Assembly: GCA_043808805.1 (NCBI GenBank)
Contig: JAZDEN010000031.1
Coordinates: 1-44,512 of the forward strand
Source of the DNA: an archaeon
Lineage (GTDB): Archaea > Nanobdellota > Nanobdellia > SCGC-AAA011-G17 > VGLX01
Reading direction: 5' to 3'
Length of the DNA stretch: 44,512 bases
Below, one piece after another: positions 36,875-44,512 of the stretch. Under the pieces are notes generated by a model, which was not told where the DNA came from, searched no databases, and saw nothing but the letters and a program-made list of their open reading frames with translations. How positions within the stretch are numbered: position 1 is the first letter of the stretch; every line of letters begins with the position of its first letter. A program made the translations under genes and the position numbers.

Positions 36875-38273
36875 AAGTATATCTCAAAAAAGAAACTCCG
36901 GATTTCATAATACTCTTTCTCTGCAATGGATCCCTTAATTTTTTTAGGTAATAAAGCATTATTTTTGGCCTCAGATAGAACGAACGGTATAACTTCTTAT
37001 AGTAAACATCAATCTGCTCATTGGTAAGTTCCTTTGGAACAAAATTATTAGATTGAAAAACATTAACCTTTTCCCAATCTGGATCAAAAGAACCATACTT
37101 GGGAGCTAATTCCCAAGCCTTAGTACCAGGAAAAGGTGAAAACCTACATAGATTAATATCATCTAAAGGAACCTTCATAATGAACCTCTTGGTTTCTTCT
37201 AAGGTTTCTAAGGTTTCACCAAAACTACCAAACATAAAGGAACACTTAACTGATATACCTGCTTCATGAGTTAACTTTATCGCCTTCTCATTCTGCTCAA
37301 CAGTTGTACCCTTATGCAATATATCCAAAATTTTTTGTGAGCCTGACTCAGCACCATAAATAATTTGCCAGCATCCAGCTTTCTTCATAAGTTTTAAGGT
37401 TTCTTCATCAATCATATCAACCCTACCCGAACATGACCAGGGCATATCAATCTTTTCTTTAATCATTATTTCACATATCTCTTTCAGCCTCCTTCTAAAA
37501 ACAAGGAAATTATCCTCATCAAAAATCAATGAATTAATACCAAATCCGTCTCTAAGATACTTAATCAGCTTAACCACATAACCAGCACTATTCGCCCTAC
37601 AGACATTGCCAAAAATGCTTTTCTCACAGAAAATACACTGACCAGGACAACCACGAGATGTAACCACAATAGTCGTTGGTGCCTTATACATTTTATCTGC
37701 AATTGGCTGGTAATGTTTGGCTAAATCCGGAAGAAGATCATAAGCAGGAAATGGTAAAGTATCAAGATTGGATATATAAGGTCTCCGCTCTGTAATAAAT
37801 ACTTTTTTACCTATTTTTATCACCAAACCCTTAACGTTGTTTATATTTTTCTTCTTATCAATTTTATCAAGAAGTTCAAGTAAAGTCAACTCACCTTCGC
37901 CATAAACACCAACGTCAAAACTTGAAAATCTTTGCATAGTTTCAATAGGAGAAGTTGTTAAATGCGCTCCCCCAAGTATTATTTTAATATGCGGGTTTTC
38001 CTTTTTAACAGAATCTGCAATACTAACAGCATTAAAAATATTCATTGTGGTAGAAGTAACTCCCAAATAAGCGGGATCCTCATCAAGAATTCTTTTAACG
38101 GTCTCCTCGTTATCCAATCGTAAGGCAAACTGATCTATAATCTTTGGTTCATACTTATCCCTTACAACAGAAGAAAGTTGACAAATCCCTACAGGAGGAA
38201 GTACAGTCGTGATATCCCCTAACTTTGTGTATTTACCATCCAAAGAAGGATTTAAAAATACAATTTTTTTCAT
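36864..38273 (-). CDS. Cobalamin-binding radical SAM protein (6 of 7), close homolog of 5338..6768
   Basis: PPVG, GGAH, GEGE, SRGCPGQCIFC, GAESG, PFPGT. Long identical blocks shared with 5338..6768. Confidence 0.93.
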   Translation of the reverse strand: MKKIVFLNPSLDGKYTKLGDITTVLPPVGICQLSSVVRDKYEPKIIDQFALRLDNEETVKRILDEDPAYLGVTSTTMNIFNAVSIADSVKKENPHIKIILGGAHLTTSPIETMQRFSSFDVGVYGEGELTLLELLDKIDKKKNINNVKGLVIKIGKKVFITERRPYISNLDTLPFPAYDLLPDLAKHYQPIADKMYKAPTTIVVTSRGCPGQCIFCEKSIFGNVCRANSAGYVVKLIKYLRDGFGINSLIFDEDNFLVFRRRLKEICEIMIKEKIDMPWSCSGRVDMIDEETLKLMKKAGCWQIIYGAESGSQKILDILHKGTTVEQNEKAIKLTHEAGISVKCSFMFGSFGETLETLEETKRFIMKVPLDDINLCRFSPFPGTKAWELAPKYGSFDPDWEKVNVFQSNNFVPKELTNEQIDVYYKKLYRSFYLRPKIMLYYLKKLRDPLQRKSIMKSGVSFLRYTFKK

Positions 38274-38413
38274 ATAACCTTAGATTTACAAATTATATAT
38301 AAAACTTGTGGTAAATTAAGCACATACACAGATAAGATTGTATAGTAAATTATTTAAACCTCTTATTCATTTAGGAATTATATTTAAGAAAAAACTGTTT
38401 TTGAGGTTTTTAA

Positions 38414-39727
38414 ATGAAAATATTACTTATCAACCCCCCAATAAAATTCATTGAAGGACAGGGTGACCGCCCACCATTAGGTTTAGCTTATTTAGCAGCA
38501 AATCTACTGAAGAATGGAAAAGAACATGTTAAGATACTTGATTTATCTACAAAACCTAATTTTTCTCTACCTGAATATTTATTGCAAGAGAAGCCTGACA
38601 TTGTTGCAATATCAAGTATGACCCCTACATTTTTCGAATGTGCAGCTATCTCAAAGATTTGCAAAGAGACCCTAAAGGGAATTATCACGGTAGCCGGAGG
38701 ACCCCATCCCAGCTCACTTCCAGAACAAACTTTGAAAGAATCGGATTTTGATATTGTTATATACGGAGAAGGTGAGGTAACATTTGACAAACTAATTGAT
38801 ACATTAGAAAACAAAGGAAATCTAAAAGACGTTCAAGGCTTATACTATAACGAAGAGGGTAAGATCCTTTCAACAGAACCTAGACAATTACAGGAAAACA
38901 TAGATATGATACCCTTCCCCGCCAGGCATCTTTTAAATATGGAAGAATATACAATGAAGATACAAGGGCTACCTGCAACAACGATAATCACATCAAGAGG
39001 TTGCCCTTTTAGTTGTGTATACTGCAACAAATCAGTCTTTGGAAACAAATTTAGAGCCAGATCACCAAGAAATATTGTTGACGAAATAAAAGAGATAACA
39101 AAAACATACGGAATAAAAGCATTTCTTTTTGTTGATGATACATTCACATATGATTATAAAAGGACAGAAGGTATATGCGATTTAATTATAAAAGAAAAAT
39201 TAGGTATTATATGGCGTTGCTGGACAAGGTCAGATAAAGTTGATAAAAACCTTATAAAAAAAATGTACGAAGCCGGGTGCACGGAGATGAGCTTTGGTAT
39301 AGAATCCGGCAATCAACAAGTGTTAAACAAAATAAGAAAGGGTACATTAGTAGAACAAAATGAAAAAGCAATAAAATGGGCAAGAGAAATGGGAATTTAT
39401 GTTAAAGCATTTTTCATGATAGGGCTTCCTGGAGAATCTATGAATACAGTTAAAGATAATTTAGAATTTATAAAAAAAGCAGATCCCAATAACGTTGATT
39501 TCTACATAATGACCCCTTTCCCAAGCACCAAAGTTTGGGATGATCCAGAGAGCTTGGGAATAAAAATAGTTTCTAAGGATTGGAGAAGTTACTTCCATGC
39601 AGGTAAAGAAGGAGCTACACACAGTGTCGTGGCCACAGAACACATGAGTAGAAAGGAGATTGATTTAGCATATGAGTGGATAGTCAAAGAATACGAAAAG
39701 ATAAAAAATTCCGAAAACAGCAAATAA
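38414..39727 (+). CDS. Cobalamin-binding radical SAM protein (7 of 7)
   Basis: PPLGLAYLAA, GGPHPS, GEGE, SRGCPFSCVYC, DDTF, GIESG, GLPGE. GAGGT SD upstream. Confidence 0.94.
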   Translation: MKILLINPPIKFIEGQGDRPPLGLAYLAANLLKNGKEHVKILDLSTKPNFSLPEYLLQEKPDIVAISSMTPTFFECAAISKICKETLKGIITVAGGPHPSSLPEQTLKESDFDIVIYGEGEVTFDKLIDTLENKGNLKDVQGLYYNEEGKILSTEPRQLQENIDMIPFPARHLLNMEEYTMKIQGLPATTIITSRGCPFSCVYCNKSVFGNKFRARSPRNIVDEIKEITKTYGIKAFLFVDDTFTYDYKRTEGICDLIIKEKLGIIWRCWTRSDKVDKNLIKKMYEAGCTEMSFGIESGNQQVLNKIRKGTLVEQNEKAIKWAREMGIYVKAFFMIGLPGESMNTVKDNLEFIKKADPNNVDFYIMTPFPSTKVWDDPESLGIKIVSKDWRSYFHAGKEGATHSVVATEHMSRKEIDLAYEWIVKEYEKIKNSENSK

Positions 39728-39806
39728 CGCTTTAATAAGAGTTTATTTATATTTTCTGTATAACAAACATTTAAATATCATTACTTTTTTCAATAATCTG
39801 TTAAAA

Positions 39807-40853
39807 ATGCTAGAGAAAATATATTACTCGATTCGGAAAAACCATGTTAAGAAGCCAATTTATTTAATATATTTTGTAACAAACATATGCAATTCAAAAT
39901 GTAATCATTGTTTTTATTCAAAACAATTAAACAGACCAGAAAATAAAGACTTAACTTTGAATGAAATAAACAACTTTTCAAAACAACTTGGCAAGTTAAT
40001 ATGGCTCTCATTCTCAGGAGGCGAACCTTTCATGAGGAAAGATATAACAGAAGTTTACAATATTTTTCTAAAAAATAATAAGTTCAGCAACTTTACAATA
40101 CCCACTAATGGTATACTCACAGATACAATATACAAAAAAACTAGAGAGATGTTAATGATTAAAAAAATAAAATCTTTCAGCCTCAACCTTTCATTAGACG
40201 GTCCTAAAGAAATACACAACCAAATAAGAGGGGTAAGTTGCTACGATAACGTTTTTAAAACCTATGACAAAGTGAAGAGTTTAAAAAAAGAGTTTCCTTT
40301 CTTCTCTATAAAAGTTAGCACAACATTATCAAACAAGAATATAAACTACCTAAAAGAGTTACATAAAGAAGTTCATAACCGAATGCCAGAAATAAATTTT
40401 CATAATTTTGAGATAATGAGGGGGGATGCAAAAAATCATGATTATAACCCTCCTACAATAGAGGAGCTTTATAAGAATAAAGAAATAATATTTAAAATAT
40501 GGGATGATTACCAATTTTACGATAAAAAAATAAGCTCAAGGATAGCTCTAAATGCAAAAAAGGAAATATTTAACACATACATCCAAATTCTAAAGACAAA
40601 AAAACAACCCTTCATGTGCTATGCTGGTAGGATCCATGCAGTGCTTGATAATAATGGAGATATTTATTTCTGCGAATTACTAAATAAGATAGGGAACATA
40701 CGGCAAAAAAGTTTTTCAGAAATATGGCACTCTGAAGAAGCCAACAAACTAAGGGATTCTATAAAAAATAGAGAATGTTACTGTACCCATTCATGCTTTC
40801 AAAATACAAATTTTATTTTTAAAAAAAGTAATTGGCTTAAATTAGTAAGGTAG
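39807..40853 (+). CDS. Radical SAM protein with SPASM/twitch domain
   Basis: CNSKCNHC, SGGEPF, TNG, SLDG, CYAG...GDIYFCE...IGNI...CYCTHSC. Confidence 0.92.
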   Translation: MLEKIYYSIRKNHVKKPIYLIYFVTNICNSKCNHCFYSKQLNRPENKDLTLNEINNFSKQLGKLIWLSFSGGEPFMRKDITEVYNIFLKNNKFSNFTIPTNGILTDTIYKKTREMLMIKKIKSFSLNLSLDGPKEIHNQIRGVSCYDNVFKTYDKVKSLKKEFPFFSIKVSTTLSNKNINYLKELHKEVHNRMPEINFHNFEIMRGDAKNHDYNPPTIEELYKNKEIIFKIWDDYQFYDKKISSRIALNAKKEIFNTYIQILKTKKQPFMCYAGRIHAVLDNNGDIYFCELLNKIGNIRQKSFSEIWHSEEANKLRDSIKNRECYCTHSCFQNTNFIFKKSNWLKLVR

Positions 40854-40857
40854 TACA

Positions 40858-42000
40858 ATGGACACACTAAAAATATGCTTTGTATCAAGAAACTACGGCT
40901 CAGTTATTCATGGGCCATCAATTTATGGAAACAATCTAATAAATGGAATAATAAAAAAGGGCCACGAAGTCCACATAATAACCCCAGATAATACAGCAAC
41001 TAGCAACAAAGCAAAAATAATATACGTAAAGAAACCTATAGATTTGAAACATGCAACATGGATACAATTAAGCAGCATATTTTCAAAAAAAATCGAAAGA
41101 CTATCAAAAATCGAAAAGTTTGATATTGTGCACTTCTTGAATAGTTTAGAAGTTATGAGATACAACGGCAAGATTAATAATGTTTTGACAACAATACAAG
41201 GGTATCATTTCGCAGAATCTACACTAAATCCATTCCATTATACAAACAGATATCCTATAGATTGGTACTTAAGATACCCTTATTATAATATTGGGAGACT
41301 ATTTGAGATAAAAGGGCTAAGGAAAATGAAGCATATAATAACTCCCTCAGAATATATTAAAAAATCTTTGATTAAAAATTATGATCTAAGCGAGAGTAAA
41401 ATTACAACAGTATACTATGGTATAAAACAAAACAAAGAGCATACTTTAAGAAAAAAATTCAATTACAATGTGATACTGGTGGGGAATAATTTCCAAACAA
41501 AAGGAATCTCAACTCTTATAAGAGTAGCTAAGTCATTAAAAAAAGAGTTTCCGATGGCAAAATACACTATAGTAGGAGATGATAAAAGAGTATTACCATA
41601 TATGAAAAAGTTAACAGAAAAAGAGGGTGTAGCAGAAAAATTCATATTCACGGGGCATGTGCCAAATACTGAACTTAAAGAAAAATACAAGGAAGCGGAC
41701 ATATTTATTCTGCCCTCAACAATTGAAGGTTTTGGGATGGTCTTCCTAGAAGCAATGAACTACGGACTGCCAGTAATAGGCAGTAATGTTGGGGGCATAC
41801 CTGAAATCATAGATGATGGAAAGAACGGATTCCTAGTAGACCCTGAAAATCCTAAAGAGATAGCTGAAAAAATAAGGATAATCTTTGAAGATGAAGCATT
41901 AAGAAATAAAATCAGCGAAAACGCCTACAAAAGAGTTGGGGATTTCCCCCTAAGCAAAATGGTTGATGAAACAATCAAGGTATACAAAAACCTGACTTAA
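40858..42000 (+). CDS. Glycosyltransferase family 4
   Basis: KG motif, EGFGMVFLEAMNYGLPVIGSNVGGIPE. Confidence 0.93.
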   Translation: MDTLKICFVSRNYGSVIHGPSIYGNNLINGIIKKGHEVHIITPDNTATSNKAKIIYVKKPIDLKHATWIQLSSIFSKKIERLSKIEKFDIVHFLNSLEVMRYNGKINNVLTTIQGYHFAESTLNPFHYTNRYPIDWYLRYPYYNIGRLFEIKGLRKMKHIITPSEYIKKSLIKNYDLSESKITTVYYGIKQNKEHTLRKKFNYNVILVGNNFQTKGISTLIRVAKSLKKEFPMAKYTIVGDDKRVLPYMKKLTEKEGVAEKFIFTGHVPNTELKEKYKEADIFILPSTIEGFGMVFLEAMNYGLPVIGSNVGGIPEIIDDGKNGFLVDPENPKEIAEKIRIIFEDEALRNKISENAYKRVGDFPLSKMVDETIKVYKNLT

Positions 42001-42875
42001 TGTTTCATGTCAGCAAGGAAGCCAAACAAGACAGTCTGTATGCCTGTCATGAAAAGAAGAACCATCAGGAAAAACAAACCAAGGTGACCTTCTATACCTG
42101 TTGTTAGGTGGAGATACAAAAACCACAAACCGATAAGGAAAGCAAAAAACAGGAAAGCAAAACCAATCCAGCCAAAAAACTTCAGCGGCTCAAAATCACG
42201 ATAAATTCTGAATATGTTAACCCAAGCCCTCATCGCATAACTGAATGGGCTCTTAATCAAACGGCTCCTGCCATGACGCCTGGCAAAATAAATAGGAACC
42301 TCCTTAACCCTGAATTTAGCCTTGACAGCCCTGATTATCTGCTCCTGAGTATAAGTGTGATCCGACCTTATCTTGATTTTCTCAGCAACCTCATGTGTAA
42401 AAGCCCTGAAACCAGTCTGAGCATCACTAATCCTAGCACCACTAATCTGAGAGACAACAACAGAAAAGGCAACATTGCCCATCCTGTTTACGAGAGGCAT
42501 GTACTCAATCCTGCCCTTGAACCTCGAACCAAGAACAAGGTCATAACCCTTCTCTATCTCAGCAACAAGCCTAGGGATGTCAGAAGGAAGATACTGGCCA
42601 TCAGCATCGATGTGGACAAGAACATCTCCATTCAATTCAAGGAACTTCTCAATCTCAGTCCTGAATGCCTCTGCAAGACCAAAATTAACGGGATGAGAAT
42701 AGACAAAGGCGCCAAGACTCCTTGATATTTCCGCAGTCCTATCACGGCTACCGTCATTAACAACCATAACCTGATACTTGTACTTAGTAGAATCCATAAC
42801 TTTTTTTATGCTGGCAATAACATTGCCTATTGTTCTCTCCTCGTTATATGCCGGGATGCTAACCACAATTTTCAT
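41997..42875 (-). CDS. GT2 (DPM/DPG synthase-like) with two C-terminal TM helices
   Basis: MKIVVSIPAYNEE, NDGSRD, IDADGQY, LGSRF, DAQTGFRA, hydrophobic C-terminus. ATG 42875. Confidence 0.92.
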   Translation of the reverse strand: MKIVVSIPAYNEERTIGNVIASIKKVMDSTKYKYQVMVVNDGSRDRTAEISRSLGAFVYSHPVNFGLAEAFRTEIEKFLELNGDVLVHIDADGQYLPSDIPRLVAEIEKGYDLVLGSRFKGRIEYMPLVNRMGNVAFSVVVSQISGARISDAQTGFRAFTHEVAEKIKIRSDHTYTQEQIIRAVKAKFRVKEVPIYFARRHGRSRLIKSPFSYAMRAWVNIFRIYRDFEPLKFFGWIGFAFLFFAFLIGLWFLYLHLTTGIEGHLGLFFLMVLLFMTGIQTVLFGFLADMKH

Positions 42876-44511
42876 TATAACACACCCTATACAGATAAAC
42901 ATCACCAAATGATTTCAGAAGCTGATAATTAAGGTTATGCTTGCTAACCACATAATCAGCATTCCCTGGATTTGATGGATCACCGATAACAACATCACCC
43001 CTAACCCAGAAGCCCATTATCGTGGCAGACCTGCCATTACCAAGATCCTCATAAACACCCTTAGTGCCAACCTTCTGAATCATACCCTCATCCCTTGAAT
43101 CAAACAAAACAGTCGAATGCCTTCCATGATCATAATCGTTAAACCACAAACCAAGCTGGGTCTGTGGATTATTGTACCAATACTTCTCAGCATTGTAATA
43201 AACCATGCCATAGCCTACTAGGCTGGAGCCCAGCAGGAACACAAGGCAGAACAAACCAACATTCCTGAAGGTTAAAAGTTTTTTGTAACTCAACAACAAT
43301 ATAATAAAGAAGATAGAAAGGAAAAAAACAGTGAAAACAATGAAAGTAGGTAGATTGAAGACAGAATCAAAGCCTGACTTATGATAAATTATGGACTCAA
43401 ATGCATACCTTAGCAGGCCAAGCCAGGAGAGAACTATGTTATTAGGGGGGAATAGCTGATAGAAAAGCAGGACAAAGGAGAAGAGGAAGAAAGGCAGGGA
43501 AAACCATAACAGATACTTGAAAGCCTTGCTTTTGTTGAGCAGACTCAAGCCAATGAAACCATTAATAATAATAACAGGAATTAAAACATCAACATAACGA
43601 CCCATAACCTTAGAATAAAACAACGAATACAGCTCCTGGATGTAAAGATTATGATTAACTGCTGCAAATACAACAAATACAGCTGTAAAAATGAACAAGA
43701 GGAAATAAGTCCTTAATTTCTTATCACTAAAAATAGAGAGACTTAGAACCGGAAGAAGAGCAAGAGAAGCTATTAACAGGTAGATTAAATAAAGAACAAA
43801 CCAGTAAGTGAAAAGCATCAGGGTTGTAAATGTAAAATGAAATGAGCCCTTCTCAACAGATGCATACAAGCCAAAAAACCCTCCAATGGTAAAACCATAA
43901 AGCAAACCATTCCTCACAAGCCAAGGAGATATAGTAATGAAGAATGCAACCCCCATAATAACCTTATTCAAAAAACCATACCAGCCAACCTTTCTCCCAA
44001 TAAGATTGCACAAAAACAAAACAACTACAGCAACTACTAAACTCAGTGCAATAACCCTTGTAAGGAAAGTAAGACCTATGAAAATACCTGCCAGGATGTC
44101 AAACTTGATACTATCCTCCTTGAAAGACTTATACACAAAATAAAAGGCTGCCAGGAAAAGGGTGTAGAAAAGGTTCTCAGCAAGAATAAAGCCTGAAAAG
44201 GAGAAAGTAGCTGGAAGGACAGAAACAATAACAGCTATGAGCAAAGACTTGTGATCATCAAAAAACTCTCGGGCAAGGAAAAAAGCAGGAAAGATTATGA
44301 GAGAGGAAAGTATAACATTAATGAACTTCATAAAGAAGAAAGCAACCCTCATATCATTAGCAAGATACGACAAAGAAATCATAATTGGATAAAGAGGGGG
44401 ATACTGGTGGGTGGGAACTCCATCAACAGAAAACGTGCCATGATCAAAAAAACTCTGAGCCATCTTAGCATACATGTAATCATCGCTAGGAGCAGAAGGC
44501 GCAGGAATGAA
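42859..44511 (-). CDS. ArnT/PMT-like GT-C membrane glycosyltransferase (5' end beyond the window)
   Basis: Frame is open to the window edge (FIPAPSAPSDDYMYAKMAQSF...). DD motif, YPPLYP, ENLF, PWLVRN, GRY, many TM segments. Confidence 0.85.
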   Translation of the reverse strand, partial: FIPAPSAPSDDYMYAKMAQSFFDHGTFSVDGVPTHQYPPLYPIMISLSYLANDMRVAFFFMKFINVILSSLIIFPAFFLAREFFDDHKSLLIAVIVSVLPATFSFSGFILAENLFYTLFLAAFYFVYKSFKEDSIKFDILAGIFIGLTFLTRVIALSLVVAVVVLFLCNLIGRKVGWYGFLNKVIMGVAFFITISPWLVRNGLLYGFTIGGFFGLYASVEKGSFHFTFTTLMLFTYWFVLYLIYLLIASLALLPVLSLSIFSDKKLRTYFLLFIFTAVFVVFAAVNHNLYIQELYSLFYSKVMGRYVDVLIPVIIINGFIGLSLLNKSKAFKYLLWFSLPFFLFSFVLLFYQLFPPNNIVLSWLGLLRYAFESIIYHKSGFDSVFNLPTFIVFTVFFLSIFFIILLLSYKKLLTFRNVGLFCLVFLLGSSLVGYGMVYYNAEKYWYNNPQTQLGLWFNDYDHGRHSTVLFDSRDEGMIQKVGTKGVYEDLGNGRSATIMGFWVRGDVVIGDPSNPGNADYVVSKHNLNYQLLKSFGDVYLYRVCYNENCG

Positions 44512-44512
44512 A

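Noticed and set aside
5338-40853. Interpreting the radical SAM cluster as a RiPP or antibiotic gene cluster
   Set aside because: No convincing precursor peptide, RRE domain, peptidase, NRPS/PKS or exporter was seen. The context (flippase, GT-C proteins, NDP-sugar enzymes) points to cell-surface glycoconjugates.
1-44512. CRISPR array, tRNA/rRNA, transposase/integrase, intein or stop-codon reassignment
   Set aside because: No regularly spaced repeats, cloverleaf or mobile-element motifs were recognised by eye, and all genes are full length under the standard code. Small RNAs could have been missed without a covariance search.

Overview
A dense 44.5 kb surface-glycan biosynthesis and modification region, very probably archaeal: most genes have a TATA box about 22-32 nt upstream of the start. 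A DPANN/Woesearchaeota-like origin is plausible but is inference only. It holds about 42 CDSs: 5 GT2, 5 GT4 and 2 GT9 glycosyltransferases; 4 GT-C-type membrane proteins; a Wzx-type flippase; sugar-nucleotide enzymes (Gmd, a His-type DegT-family enzyme, heptose-7-P kinase, nucleotide-sugar dehydrogenase, SDR epimerase/decarboxylase); a PIG-L deacetylase; and 2 class I methyltransferases. The standout is nine radical SAM enzymes interleaved with these genes, seven with an N-terminal cobalamin-binding domain and two SPASM/twitch type. A central block (11.7-16.4 kb) adds a MurL/QueC-like PP-loop protein, a SpeD-like decarboxylase, a 56-aa CxxC-x17-CxxC protein missing from the ORF track, and three hypotheticals. 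The + strand is strongly A-rich and T-poor regardless of gene orientation, except in two segments (about 29.3-33.8 kb and 36.9-42.0 kb) that look like later-acquired cassettes. No rRNA, tRNA, CRISPR array or transposase was seen. All calls come from motif recognition by eye, not from database searches.
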